A stretch of 64,000 bases of DNA, taken from NCBI GenBank assembly GCA_964424195.1, contig CAYRHT010000001.1, positions 207,542 to 271,541 on the forward strand, in the 5' to 3' direction. Below, piece after piece: positions 1 to 10,440 of this stretch. The position numbers were made by a program, and so were the translations under genes. This stretch comes from an uncultured Gammaproteobacteria bacterium. GTDB taxonomy: Bacteria > Patescibacteriota > Patescibacteriia > UBA1558 > S5-K13. Each line of letters begins with the position of its first letter. Position 1 is the stretch's first letter. The notes under the pieces are model-generated. The model was not told the origin of the DNA and made no database searches. It saw only the letters and a list, made by a program, of their open reading frames with translations.

Positions 1-366
1 TACAAATTCAGGAGCTGGTCTATGAATAGGATCTCTTTGAATTTTATCAGAAAAAGGTTTGTCATCTACTGGCTCACCAATAACATTAAATATTCTTCCT
101 AATGTTTTTTCTCCAACTGGAGCAGTGATAAATTTACCAGTATTAACAACTTCATCACCTCGCTTTAAACCATCAGTAGAGGACATAGCAATTGTTCTAA
201 CTACACCAGAACCAATATGTTGTTCAACTTCTAGAACAATTTTCTTTTTATCATTTGTTATTTCTAAAGCTGTATATATTTCTGGAAGTTTTCCTTCAAA
301 AGCAACATCAATTACAGCTCCGATAACTTGTTTAATTTTTCCTAAAGATTTGTCTTCTTTTGTCAT
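1..366 (-). CDS. atpD: F0F1 ATP synthase beta subunit, 5-prime portion (gene continues beyond window start)
   Basis: Minus-strand translation from ATG at 366 gives [31 protein letters not shown]...[14 protein letters not shown], the typical AtpD N-terminal beta-barrel domain. It sits downstream of atpG in canonical operon order. The plus-strand ORF 59-382 is its shadow. Confidence 0.85.
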   Translation of the reverse strand, partial: MTKEDKSLGKIKQVIGAVIDVAFEGKLPEIYTALEITNDKKKIVLEVEQHIGSGVVRTIAMSSTDGLKRGDEVVNTGKFITAPVGEKTLGRIFNVIGEPVDDKPFSDKIQRDPIHRPAPEFV

Positions 367-399
367 AAATTTAATATTTTAATATTTTTTAAATAATAA

Positions 400-1353
400 T
401 TATTTTAAAGCATTAGCACCAGCACTTATTTCTGCAATTTCAGAAGTAATACTAGCTTGTCGAGCTTTATTGTAAAATAGAGTAAGTTCATCAATAATAT
501 CACTAGCAGCAGAAGTAGCATTCCGCATAGCATTCATTCGAGCACTATGTTCGGAAGCATTTGATTCTAACAAAGCTTGGAATAATTGAACTTCTACTAA
601 TCTAGGCACCATTTCATTTAAAACTTCTTCCGGCCCTGGTTCAAAAACATAATCAAATTTACCAGCGGCATATTTATCTTTCACTTCTAAATATTTTTCT
701 TCTTTTCCATGAATATATTCTTTATCTGTTTTTAAACGAGTATCTTCACCAACTACACCTAGACAACCATCTTCTTTGTTAACATCAACTGGAATAATTT
801 GTTTAATTCTTGGTTCTTGAGTGACAGCATTTACAAAGTCAGTATAGGCGACCATGACCTTGTCGTATTTATGAGCTAGATAATCATCAACAATCATTTT
901 AGCTAAAGGTCGAACCTCTAACACTTCAGTAAGGGCATCGTTTTTATCAAATTCCGCAATAATATTATGACCTCTTTTATGAACAGAGGAGCCTCTTTTT
1001 CCTAAAAGAATAAAATCAGTTTGAACTTCACCTTCAATAGATTGAATAGCCTTATTAACAATAGCAGTATTTAAACTACCACAAAGACCTCGATTAGCTG
1101 TAATTAAAACAACACATACTTTTTTAATATCCTTCTTATATGTTAAGAGAGGATGTTTTTCATAAAGATTATTAGTAGAATTAGAAAGATTTAAAACAGT
1201 CATCCAACTTAAATTAGCATAACTTCTAGTTCTAAGTACAGCTTCTACTGATTTACGCATCTTTGCCGCAGCTACCATTTCCATAGCTTTAGTAATTTTC
1301 TTGGTATTCTTTACCGACTTGATCCGTTGTTGTATTTCTTTGGTTTTAGCCAT
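400..1353 (-). CDS. atpG: F0F1 ATP synthase gamma subunit
   Basis: 317 aa; N-terminal MAKTKEIQQRIKSVKNTKKITKAMEMVAAAKMRK and C-terminal ITSEIAEISAGANAL are gamma-subunit hallmarks; operon position. Confidence 0.9.
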   Translation of the reverse strand: MAKTKEIQQRIKSVKNTKKITKAMEMVAAAKMRKSVEAVLRTRSYANLSWMTVLNLSNSTNNLYEKHPLLTYKKDIKKVCVVLITANRGLCGSLNTAIVNKAIQSIEGEVQTDFILLGKRGSSVHKRGHNIIAEFDKNDALTEVLEVRPLAKMIVDDYLAHKYDKVMVAYTDFVNAVTQEPRIKQIIPVDVNKEDGCLGVVGEDTRLKTDKEYIHGKEEKYLEVKDKYAAGKFDYVFEPGPEEVLNEMVPRLVEVQLFQALLESNASEHSARMNAMRNATSAASDIIDELTLFYNKARQASITSEIAEISAGANALK

Positions 1354-1377
1354 TTTAATTTATAATTAAACAATTGT

Positions 1378-2892
1378 TTATACAGTCTTTTTATAATCTT
1401 CTACTAACTTAGTAATTTCCTTTTGCAGAGCATCACTAAAATCTTTGTCATTTTCTATTTTCTTTAATAATGCTTTTCCAGTAGTTTCAGCATATTGATA
1501 TAATCCTTCTTCAAACTCTCTTATTTTTTCTAATTCCACATCATCAAGTAATCCGTTTGTTAAAGCAAAGAAAATTATAACTTGATTAATAATTGGAACA
1601 GGAGCGTATTGACCTTGTTTGAAAATTTCCATTAATCTTTTACCTCTTTCTAATTTGTTCTTAGTTTCATCATCTAAATCAGAACCAAATTGAGCAAAAG
1701 CAGCTAATTCTCGATATTGAGCAGCTTCCAATTTTAACTTACCAGCTACTTTTTTCATTGATTTAATTTGAGCATTAGAACCTACTCTAGAAACTGAAAT
1801 ACCTTCATTAATCGCTGGTCTTTGACCTTGATTGAATAAACTAGATTCTAAAAAGATTTGTCCGTCGGTAATAGAAATAACATTAGTTGGAATATATGCT
1901 GATACATCACCAGATTGAGTTTCAATAATAGGAAGAGCAGTAATTGATCCACCACCATGTTCTTTGTTTAATTTACATGATCTTTCTAGTAATCTTGAAT
2001 GGAGATAAAACACATCTCCAGGATAAGCTTCTCGTCCTGGTGGTCGTTTAAGTAATAATGAAATTTCTCTGTAAGATACAGCATGCTTTGATAAATCATC
2101 ATAGATGATTAAAGCATCTTCACCTTTATCTAAGAAGTACTCGGCAATAGCTGAACCAGAATAAGGAGCGATGTATAATAATGACGCTGGATCAGAAGCA
2201 GAAGCTAAAACAATAGTAGTATATTTCATAGCACCAGCTTTTTCTAATTTTTCAACAATACCAGCAATCTTAGATTCTTTTTGTCCGATAGCTACATAAA
2301 CACATTTTACGTTTTGACCTTTTTGATTAATGATTGTATCAATAGCAATAGCAGTTTTACCAGTTTGTCGATCACCAATAATTAATTCTCTTTGACCTCG
2401 ACCAATTGGAATAATTGAATCAATGGATTTGATACCAGTTTGAAGTGGTTCATTAACTGAAGCTCTAGAAATAACACCAGAAGCAACTTTTTCAATTGGA
2501 TAATTATCTTTAGTTTCAATAGCTCCTTTTCCATCTACTGCTTCACCAAGAGGATTTACAACTCTACCAACCATATTTTCTCCAACTGGGATTGATAGAA
2601 TCTTTCGAAGACATTTAGCTTTGTCACCTTCTTTAATTTTAGTAGCTTCACCAAGGATAATTGCACCAACTTCACCTTCTTCTAAATTTAGAGCTACTCC
2701 ATAAACTTTATCACCTTTATCATTTTCAAATTCAATCATTTCTGACATCATGACATCATCAATACCAGAAATTTTAGCGATACCATCGCCAATTTCAATA
2801 ACTTTACCAACTATTTCTTCTTTAGTGTCAGACTTATAGTCAGAAATTTGTTTTTTTAATTGTTCTACAATAAAGTCTTTAGATATTTCCAT
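1378..2892 (-). CDS. atpA: F0F1 ATP synthase alpha subunit
   Basis: 504 aa; Walker [19 protein letters not shown]; conserved alpha-subunit blocks. Confidence 0.95.
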   Translation of the reverse strand: MEISKDFIVEQLKKQISDYKSDTKEEIVGKVIEIGDGIAKISGIDDVMMSEMIEFENDKGDKVYGVALNLEEGEVGAIILGEATKIKEGDKAKCLRKILSIPVGENMVGRVVNPLGEAVDGKGAIETKDNYPIEKVASGVISRASVNEPLQTGIKSIDSIIPIGRGQRELIIGDRQTGKTAIAIDTIINQKGQNVKCVYVAIGQKESKIAGIVEKLEKAGAMKYTTIVLASASDPASLLYIAPYSGSAIAEYFLDKGEDALIIYDDLSKHAVSYREISLLLKRPPGREAYPGDVFYLHSRLLERSCKLNKEHGGGSITALPIIETQSGDVSAYIPTNVISITDGQIFLESSLFNQGQRPAINEGISVSRVGSNAQIKSMKKVAGKLKLEAAQYRELAAFAQFGSDLDDETKNKLERGKRLMEIFKQGQYAPVPIINQVIIFFALTNGLLDDVELEKIREFEEGLYQYAETTGKALLKKIENDKDFSDALQKEITKLVEDYKKTV

Positions 2893-2922
2893 ATATTTAT
2901 TTATATTTAATTATTTATATAT

Positions 2923-3327
2923 TTAATTTGAAATCATTTTAATTCTTAAATTGTTGATTCTAGTTTTTAAACTATTATCTAAAATTCGGTCACCATATTT
3001 AATAATAGTGCCAGAAATTAAATCTTTACTTATTATTTTTTCTACTTCTAATTTTTCAGCTCCAGATAATTCTTTAATATGATCTTCTAAAGAACTAGAA
3101 GTTGCTTGATCAATCTCTAAGGCAGTAGTAATACTAGCTTTAACTATTTTATTTTCTTTATTCCAAATAGCATCAAATTCTTCCAGAACTTTATCAATTT
3201 TTGCTAAATCATTTTTCTTAGCTAATAAATCAATGAAATTTTTTAAAACTACATTAATTTCTTTTTCGCTTTTACCATTCACTGATTCGAATAAAGCTTG
3301 AGCGTATTTTTTATTAGTAAGTTTCAT
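2923..3327 (-). CDS. atpH: F0F1 ATP synthase delta subunit (OSCP)
   Basis: 134 aa between atpF and atpA; delta-like helical N-terminus; stop overlaps atpF region by ATGA. Confidence 0.75.
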   Translation of the reverse strand: MKLTNKKYAQALFESVNGKSEKEINVVLKNFIDLLAKKNDLAKIDKVLEEFDAIWNKENKIVKASITTALEIDQATSSSLEDHIKELSGAEKLEVEKIISKDLISGTIIKYGDRILDNSLKTRINNLRIKMISN

Positions 3328-3827
3328 TATTTATTGATTATATCTTTAATTATTTTTTCGTTCTTTTTAGGATCAATTCTTTTCCCTAATACTTTTTCTA
3401 AAGAGAGGATTACTAAGTCTGTTACTTCTTGTTTTACCTCTTTAACTGCTTGAGCTCTTTCTAAACCAATTTTTTCTTTTTCATTAGTAATAATATCTTT
3501 GATTTCTTCTTTAGCTTTAGTAATAATCATATTTCTTTTATCTTCACCAGCTTTAGTAGATGTTTCAATGATTTCTTTAGCTTCTTTTTTAGCTTTATTT
3601 AAAGTTTCTTCTAGAACCTTCTTTTTTTCTTCTTCTAACTCAATTAATCTTTTTTCAGCTTTTTCAGCATCAGTAATTCCTTTTTCAATTTTATCTTTTC
3701 GATCATCTAAAAACTTAAGCATTGGTTTGTAAGCAAACTTCCAGAGAATGAAAAGAAATATTGCAAAGTTAAAAAATTGAGCAATTAAGATTTTTAAGTT
3801 TAAGCCGAGGGCGTTAAATAATTCCAT
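3327..3827 (-). CDS. atpF: F0F1 ATP synthase subunit b
   Basis: 166 aa; single N-terminal TM helix followed by a long charged coiled coil; operon position. Confidence 0.8.
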   Translation of the reverse strand: MELFNALGLNLKILIAQFFNFAIFLFILWKFAYKPMLKFLDDRKDKIEKGITDAEKAEKRLIELEEEKKKVLEETLNKAKKEAKEIIETSTKAGEDKRNMIITKAKEEIKDIITNEKEKIGLERAQAVKEVKQEVTDLVILSLEKVLGKRIDPKKNEKIIKDIINK

Positions 3828-3894
3828 ATTTTTATAATTTTTAATTTAAGATCAAAGGTATTCTACTCTGAAGAGAGTAGAATGGACTCTGCCC

Positions 3895-4140
<246 letters not shown>

Positions 4141-4152
4141 TTATTAATTATA

Positions 4153-4971
4153 TTAAATTGTGGCTGCTTCGATCATTTTGTCTTCTTCAATCTCCGAAGC
4201 CATATTTATAAATATTAGAGTTAAAACTGCAAACACGAAAGGCTGAACAATAGCTGTTAATAATCCTAAGAATAGAAATGGTATGGGAACAATAAAAGGG
4301 GCTAGGAATAGAAATACAGCCGCTAATACTTCAGAGGCAAACATGTTTCCAAACAAACGAAATGATAATGAAATAATTTTAGCAACTTCTCCAACAATAT
4401 CCATGACTCCTAAGAATAAATCTAAAAATCCTTGAGCTAATAATCCAAATTCTAATTTTCCTTTAAAAGTTTGAACAAAGAAATCTTTTACTCCACTAAA
4501 GTTTAAAAATTTTCCAACATATTTAAAAGGACCGTGAATACTAATAGCTACAATTTGAGTTGTGATTACTGACACTAAAGTCATTACAAATACTAAACTA
4601 TAGTCAGCTACAATTGTTCGAAAAAGAGGAACTATGCCACCAGCTGTTTTAATAGTCACAGCAGCTTGCCCAGGAATGAAAGTAACTAAGTTAGCAGTAA
4701 AAGTTATTAAAAACATAGAAAATACTAAAGGAAAAACTCTTTTAGCTTTCTTTTCACTACTAACTACACTAACTACAAAATCAAAAGCTCCACCAATGAT
4801 AAGTTCAAAAAGACCTTGGCCTCGGCCAGGGACTTTCTTTAATGATTTAACCATTAAAACAAGAGTAATTACTACAACAGTATTTAAAATTATTCCCCAA
4901 AAAAATGCATTGCTTACTGCAAATGATCCAATGTAGAATAATATATGTGGTGCTAGGGAAACTCCGTCCAT
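4153..4971 (-). CDS. atpB: F0F1 ATP synthase subunit a
   Basis: 272-aa polytopic membrane protein with the conserved Arg-containing helix (FRLFGNMFASE); operon position. Confidence 0.85.
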   Translation of the reverse strand: MDGVSLAPHILFYIGSFAVSNAFFWGIILNTVVVITLVLMVKSLKKVPGRGQGLFELIIGGAFDFVVSVVSSEKKAKRVFPLVFSMFLITFTANLVTFIPGQAAVTIKTAGGIVPLFRTIVADYSLVFVMTLVSVITTQIVAISIHGPFKYVGKFLNFSGVKDFFVQTFKGKLEFGLLAQGFLDLFLGVMDIVGEVAKIISLSFRLFGNMFASEVLAAVFLFLAPFIVPIPFLFLGLLTAIVQPFVFAVLTLIFINMASEIEEDKMIEAATI

Positions 4972-4976
4972 AGTAT

Positions 4977-5303
4977 TTATGAGTTATTATCTTGATTAAT
5001 TATTTCTTGTTCTTCTTTCTTCTTCTTTTCTTTTTCTTGGCTGTATTCTTTTAATTCACTAGTTAGTTTTCGGATTCTTTTTAAAATTAAGATATTACTG
5101 AATACAAAAGCTACTACTAAACCACCAATTGTTAAATAGGGTTTAGTTCCTAAATAATTGTCTAATAATAGTCCACTACCAACAAATACTAGAATAGGTC
5201 CTAAAATAGAAGCCGCATTATAATATAGCATTCCAGTGGCAATATCTTTAATAGCTGTCGGTTTGAATAATTTTTCTTTCTGATTGTTTAATTTATTTTC
5301 CAT
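4977..5303 (-). CDS. AtpI/AtpZ-like small membrane protein upstream of atpB
   Basis: 108 aa with two TM helices, immediately upstream of atpB in the same orientation; lysine/glutamate-rich tail. Confidence 0.5.
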   Translation of the reverse strand: MENKLNNQKEKLFKPTAIKDIATGMLYYNAASILGPILVFVGSGLLLDNYLGTKPYLTIGGLVVAFVFSNILILKRIRKLTSELKEYSQEKEKKKKEEQEIINQDNNS

Positions 5304-5493
5304 AATCTTAATTATACTAGATATTTAGAATTTTAACTAAAATAGGCGTAAGATAGGAAAAATTATACAGCAATTTAACTTCAAAGTCAATAAAATTTTT
5401 ATGTCTATTTGTGGATAAACCTATTGATGATTTTAGAGAAAAGGAGTAAGTTTAAGAATAAGAATACAAAAATATGTAAAAAAGGAGGAAAAA

Positions 5494-5916
5494 ATGAAAA
5501 CATGTTTTTTATTTATTATTTTACTGTTTGTTCTCATTGCTTGTTCGGTTACTCAATCAGAACCAGAGGAATTATCTCCAAAAGAGTTGCCCTTATCAGT
5601 TATTGATTCGATTAATGATCAGATGATTACAGAATTTACTATTTTTAAAAAATGTTGGATAGAAGGTGATTCTTTAAGAATAGAATATACTTTAACTGAA
5701 AAAGATTCAGTGTCTATCAAGATTTATAATCCCAGTGGTGTATTAGTTGAAGTATTGGTTGATGAAAATGCTGTAGATATTGGTGATTATTCTGAAGCCT
5801 GTAATTTGAAGGCCCTAAAAGATCCGAAAGATTTGAAGACTCGTCCTGGATTTTATTTCTGCAAAATGAAAAATGGCAAAGTTCAGGAAGTTAAAAAAGT
5901 TTTATTAAAAAAATAA
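5494..5916 (+). CDS. Hypothetical lipoprotein
   Basis: Strong SD (AAGGAGG) before the ATG; signal peptide with lipobox-like LIAC|S; hairpin plus T-run terminator downstream (about 5938-5975). Confidence 0.55.
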   Translation: MKTCFLFIILLFVLIACSVTQSEPEELSPKELPLSVIDSINDQMITEFTIFKKCWIEGDSLRIEYTLTEKDSVSIKIYNPSGVLVEVLVDENAVDIGDYSEACNLKALKDPKDLKTRPGFYFCKMKNGKVQEVKKVLLKK

Positions 5917-6009
5917 ATCTTTAATGTCTAATAGTATATAATATCCTTACTTATAAGAGTGAGGATATTTTTTTTGACTGAAAAACATTAAAAAGGTAAT
6001 ATTCACTAT

Positions 6010-9000
6010 ATGAGTAATGATTTAAAACTTAATAAAGAACAAAAAGAAGCTATTGAATATGGAGAGGGACCACTATTAATAGTAGCTGGTGCTGGAACTG
6101 GTAAAACTACGGTTTTAACTCAGCGAGTTTTTCATTTACTAGAAAAAAAGAAACTTGAACCGGATAATGTTTTAGCTCTAACTTTTACTGAAAAATCAGC
6201 TGGAGAAATGGAAGATCGTTTAGATCAGATTTTACCTTATGCTTATACTGACCTTTGGGTAATGACTTTTCATTCTTTTGGTCAAAAGATTCTAGAAGAC
6301 AATGGTCTGGACATTGGCTTACCAAGTAATTTTAAAGTTCTGGATCAAACTGGTTTATGGATTTTGATTAAGAAAAATTTAGATCGTTTTAATTTAGATT
6401 ATTATCAGCCCTTAAGTAATCCAACTAAATTTATAAAGGAGTTAATTAATCATTTTTCTCGTTGCAAAGATGAACTGATTCAAGCTCAAGATTATTTAGA
6501 TTATGCCGAGAAAGTGAAAATGAATCAGGATAAGAGAAATAACGAGGATGCCGAATGGGAAACCAAGCGTTTAGAAGAAATTGCTAATGCCTATCACACC
6601 TACCAACAAATTCTTCTAGAAAATGATGTTTTAGACTTTGGTGATTTAATTAATTATTGTTTAAAACTTTTCAAAGAACGACCAAATATTTTAAAGAAAT
6701 ATCAAGAACAATTTAAATACATTTTAGTAGATGAATTTCAAGATACTAATTATGCTCAATATGAATTAGTAAAATTATTGGCTTTACCTCAGAATAATAT
6801 TACAGTGGTTGGTGATGATGACCAATGTTTAGCTCCTAATGCAAAGGTTTTAATTCCAGATGGTCAGAAAGCTATTAAAGATTTTAAAGTAGGAGACGAA
6901 ATATTAACAGCAGTTGGTAAGGGACATGTGGGAGTTTCTAAAGTAAATCATGTATTTAAGAATAAGAAAAAGACAGAGTTTTTAACAATTAAGACAAAAA
7001 GAGGTTATCAATTAGAAGTGACAGATAATCATAAAATGTTTTGTCATGTTCCGTCGTCTAGAATCACTAATCAGTATGTATATGTTTATTTAATGTGGAG
7101 ACATGATATTGGCTGGAGAATCGGAATTACTAAGAATTTGTCTTGGCGTCTTTCTTTAGAAAGATCAGCTGACAAGATTTTAGGTATTAAAGCTTGTCAA
7201 TCTGAAGCAGAAGCTAGATTCTATGAACAACTTTATTCATTAAAGTACTCTATACCAACTTATTGTTTTAAACAAAGAAAAGGATTAAGTATTAATGAAG
7301 AGAGTTTAAAAAATTTATATCAAGAATTAGATGTTGATGCTGGAGTAGCGAGATTAACTAGTGATTTAAATATTGATTTAACTAGTTTTCATGTTTGTTT
7401 ATATGGAGTGATTAGAGGAAATAAAAAAAGAATTAAAATAAATTTGAATTTATGTCAGAGAAGATATAGAAGTAAATCGCATGTTAAGAATAAAAAAGAA
7501 TTAATGAGATCCTATACGATTTATCATGAGATTAATTTACAAACTTCAGATAAAGAAATTTTAAAAAAATTAGAAAATAATGGATATAGCCTACATCAGG
7601 CGAGAATAGGGAAAAGATTAAAAATCACTAATGCAAATTTATTAGATTTAAAGAAAGATTTAAAGAAAATTGAAAAGATAACTAATGGTATTGTTCAAGC
7701 TAGAGCTAAAATTGCTAAATTAAATTATCAAACTTTGCCAGCTTTAGTAATTCCAGCTAAGAATTTATTATTAGGACATTATCTTCCAGTAAAAGTTAAG
7801 AATGAGATTATTTATGATGAAATAGTAGAGATAAAATCAAAATTGAAAACATCAGTAGTATATGATTTAGAAGTAGATAGAACACATAATTTTTTGGCAG
7901 AAGGCGTTGTAGTTCATAATTCTATTTATGCTTTCCGAGGTTCATCTATGAATAATATTTTAGGTTTTAAAAGAGATTACAAAAAAACCAAAGAAATATT
8001 TTTAAATCAAAACTATCGTTCTGCTCAAAATATTTTAGATTTAAGTTATGATTTCATTCAACAAAATAATCCTCATCGTTTAGAAGTAAAATTGTCTGAA
8101 GGAAAGAATAAGCTTAGTAAAAAATTAAAATCTAATTCTAAAGAAGAAGGGGAGATTGCTGTTTTAAAAGCTCAATCAGAAAGCGATGAAGTTAAAGTAG
8201 TTATTGATCAAATTCATGATTTATTAAAAAAAGGATCTAATCTATCTTGGAGTGATTTCGCTATTCTAGTTCGTTCTAATTCTCAAGCTAAACCTTTCAC
8301 TATTGGGCTAGAAGAGGCTCAAATCCCTTATAATTTCGTAGCTTCCAATGGTCTTTATGAAAAAGAAATTATTATCGACATTATCGCCTATTTAAAATTA
8401 TTGGATAATTATCATGAATCATCTGCCGTTTGGAGAATTTTGAATCTCAGATTTTTAGATATTAATCCTCAAGACGCAGTTAATTTAAGTCATGCTGCTC
8501 GTAGAAAAACTGTCTCTTTATATACTGTTATTAAAAATAATCATTTTTATCTAAGTCTACCAGAGAAAACAACTAAAGCTTTGGATAAGATTGTTGCTTT
8601 AATTGAAAAACATAGTAAATTAGTTACTAAACAAAGTGTTTGGAAGATAATCTGGGCTTTTTTAATTGATAGTGGTTATTTAGCTTGGGTGGAGACTTTA
8701 GATGAAGCTCGGAAACAAGAAATTTTTTCTCATCTAAGTCAGTTTTACAAAAAAGTACAATTATTTGAAAAAGAAAGTGAAGCTCCGCGAGTAAAAGATT
8801 TTTTAGAATTTTTTAAACTAGAACTAGATTCTGGTGAAAAAGGTAAATTAGCTTCTAGTGTTGATGATGGTCCAGAATCAGTAAAAGTAATGACAGTTCA
8901 TGGTGCTAAAGGTTTAGAATTTAAATATGTCTTTATTGTTGGTTTGGTGGATAAGAGATTTCCAAGTATGGAAAGAAAAGAAAAAATTCAGATTCCTAAT

Positions 9001-10059
9001 GAATTAGTGAAAGAAACTTTAATTGATGGTAATGTTCATCTTCAAGAAGAACGAAGATTATTTTATGTAGCTATGACTAGAGCTAAACAAGGACTCTATT
9101 TTACTTGGGCTTTAGATTATGGTGGAGCTCGCTTGAAGAAACCTTCAATCTTTTTGAAGGAATTAGATTTGATTAAATTAGAAGAAGATTTAAGTAAAGA
9201 TGTGGAAATAGATTTTAATAAGCTAGGAGCTAGGGCTATTAAAGATGTTCGGCGGATTACCAAACAAGATTTACAGAAATTATTACCAAAACAGTTCTCT
9301 TTTAGTCAATTAGCAGCTCATAGTGCTTGTCCCCGACAATATTATTATGCCTATATTTTAAAGATTCCAATTTTAGGAAAACATGTTTTCTCTTATGGAA
9401 AATCAATGCATTTAGCATTACAAAAGTTCTTTGGTTTAATTAAAACTCGTTCTGAAATCAATCAAGGAGATCTATTCGAAGTTAAAACTAAGAAAACTAA
9501 GGATAAATTACCAGTTAGCTTGGAAGAGTTATTAAAAATCTATGAAGAATCTTGGATAGATGATTGGTATGAGAATAAGTCTGATAAGGATAAATATTTA
9601 AAGCAAGGTCGAGAGACTTTAAAAGATATATATAAATCAGTTGAAAAAGATCCTCCCCAAGTAAAGTATTTAGAAAAAGGTTTTAATGTTCGCTTTAAAA
9701 ACTATAGTTTTAAGGGTAATATTGATCGAGTAGATCAAATTAAGGGAGGAGTACAATTAGTTGATTACAAAACAGGTAATCCTAAAGAAAAATTAACCTT
9801 TGCTGACAAAGAGCAATTGTTAATTTATCAAATTGCCTATGAAGATGTCTTTCAAGAAAAAGTTCAGAATCTAAAGTTTCATTATTTGAATAATAATACG
9901 GAGATTGATTTCTTAGGTAAAGAAAAAGAGTTAATTAAAGTTAAAGAGAAATTAGTTGAAACCATTGATCAAATTAATTCTTGTAATTTCAAGGCTGACC
10001 CTTCAGAATTTAAATGTACTTATTGTGATTTCAAGGATATTTGTCCCTTTAAAGTTTAG
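6010..10059 (+). CDS. UvrD/PcrA-family helicase fused to a C-terminal PD-(D/E)XK (Cas4/AddB-like, 4Cys Fe-S) nuclease; contains an in-frame intein
   Basis: Walker A GAGTGKTT; motif II VDEFQDTN; motif III split as VVGDDDQ | intein | SIYAFRGS; motif IV QNYRS; motif V TVHGAKGLEF; motif VI VAMTRA. C-terminus has CPRQYYYAY ... VDYKTG ... CNF ... CTYCDFKDIC, a RecB/Cas4-type nuclease with Fe-S cysteines. Confidence 0.85.
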   Translation: MSNDLKLNKEQKEAIEYGEGPLLIVAGAGTGKTTVLTQRVFHLLEKKKLEPDNVLALTFTEKSAGEMEDRLDQILPYAYTDLWVMTFHSFGQKILEDNGLDIGLPSNFKVLDQTGLWILIKKNLDRFNLDYYQPLSNPTKFIKELINHFSRCKDELIQAQDYLDYAEKVKMNQDKRNNEDAEWETKRLEEIANAYHTYQQILLENDVLDFGDLINYCLKLFKERPNILKKYQEQFKYILVDEFQDTNYAQYELVKLLALPQNNITVVGDDDQCLAPNAKVLIPDGQKAIKDFKVGDEILTAVGKGHVGVSKVNHVFKNKKKTEFLTIKTKRGYQLEVTDNHKMFCHVPSSRITNQYVYVYLMWRHDIGWRIGITKNLSWRLSLERSADKILGIKACQSEAEARFYEQLYSLKYSIPTYCFKQRKGLSINEESLKNLYQELDVDAGVARLTSDLNIDLTSFHVCLYGVIRGNKKRIKINLNLCQRRYRSKSHVKNKKELMRSYTIYHEINLQTSDKEILKKLENNGYSLHQARIGKRLKITNANLLDLKKDLKKIEKITNGIVQARAKIAKLNYQTLPALVIPAKNLLLGHYLPVKVKNEIIYDEIVEIKSKLKTSVVYDLEVDRTHNFLAEGVVVHNSIYAFRGSSMNNILGFKRDYKKTKEIFLNQNYRSAQNILDLSYDFIQQNNPHRLEVKLSEGKNKLSKKLKSNSKEEGEIAVLKAQSESDEVKVVIDQIHDLLKKGSNLSWSDFAILVRSNSQAKPFTIGLEEAQIPYNFVASNGLYEKEIIIDIIAYLKLLDNYHESSAVWRILNLRFLDINPQDAVNLSHAARRKTVSLYTVIKNNHFYLSLPEKTTKALDKIVALIEKHSKLVTKQSVWKIIWAFLIDSGYLAWVETLDEARKQEIFSHLSQFYKKVQLFEKESEAPRVKDFLEFFKLELDSGEKGKLASSVDDGPESVKVMTVHGAKGLEFKYVFIVGLVDKRFPSMERKEKIQIPNELVKETLIDGNVHLQEERRLFYVAMTRAKQGLYFTWALDYGGARLKKPSIFLKELDLIKLEEDLSKDVEIDFNKLGARAIKDVRRITKQDLQKLLPKQFSFSQLAAHSACPRQYYYAYILKIPILGKHVFSYGKSMHLALQKFFGLIKTRSEINQGDLFEVKTKKTKDKLPVSLEELLKIYEESWIDDWYENKSDKDKYLKQGRETLKDIYKSVEKDPPQVKYLEKGFNVRFKNYSFKGNIDRVDQIKGGVQLVDYKTGNPKEKLTFADKEQLLIYQIAYEDVFQEKVQNLKFHYLNNNTEIDFLGKEKELIKVKEKLVETIDQINSCNFKADPSEFKCTYCDFKDICPFKV
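6826..7920 (+). other. Intein (365 aa) inserted in helicase motif III of the UvrD-like gene
   Basis: Begins with Cys (CLAPNAKVL, block A) immediately after the conserved DDDQ. Block B TDNHKMF. Ends VVVHN followed by the +1 Ser of SIYAFRG. Removing 6826-7920 restores the canonical VGDDDQSIYAFRG motif in frame. A central region of about 200 aa is likely a degenerate homing-endonuclease domain. Confidence 0.78.
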
Positions 10060-10086
10060 ATTATTTAATTAGAAGTTAATAAAATT

Positions 10087-10383
10087 ATGTCATTTATAGA
10101 TTTAAACAATCTCTTACCTCAGAGTTTAACGAGGAATAGAATTAAGCCGCAAATAGAAGCGACTAATGTTTTAGTTGAGTGTCAGAAGTTGATTGAACAA
10201 GTTTGGGGAAAAGAAATTTCTAATTTAGTAGAACCTAAATATGTTAAAGAAAGAATATTGTATATGCACTGTAATTCTTCCACAGCAGCTAATGCTCTAA
10301 GTCTAGCTAAGAAGAAAATAGTAGAAGAGGTGAATAAATCTTGTGGAGAAGAATTAATTACAGATATTGTTTTTTGGCAATAG
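10087..10383 (+). CDS. DUF721 (DciA-like) domain protein
   Basis: 98 aa; the pattern ATNVLVECQKLIEQVWGKEIS...LYMHCNSSTAANAL resembles DUF721 proteins often found near gyrB/recF. Confidence 0.5.
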   Translation: MSFIDLNNLLPQSLTRNRIKPQIEATNVLVECQKLIEQVWGKEISNLVEPKYVKERILYMHCNSSTAANALSLAKKKIVEEVNKSCGEELITDIVFWQ

Positions 10384-10405
10384 ATTACTTTTAAAGAAAT
10401 TAAAA

Positions 10406-10440
10406 AACCGACCAAGATTGTGTGGTCGGTTTTGTTTTTA
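10406..10440. terminator. Bidirectional rho-independent terminator between convergent genes
   Basis: Hairpin ACCGACCA-agattgtg-TGGTCGGT followed by TTTTGTTTTT. Confidence 0.55.

Noticed and set aside
59-382. Plus-strand ORF of 107 aa at the window start
   Set aside because: It is a shadow ORF on the opposite strand of atpD, whose minus-strand translation is an unmistakable ATP synthase beta N-terminus.
6826-7920. Assignment of the intein endonuclease domain to the LAGLIDADG or HNH class
   Set aside because: Segments such as YLMWRHDIGWRIGI are only vaguely LAGLIDADG-like, and no second motif could be identified by eye. The endonuclease type, or its loss, is left undetermined.
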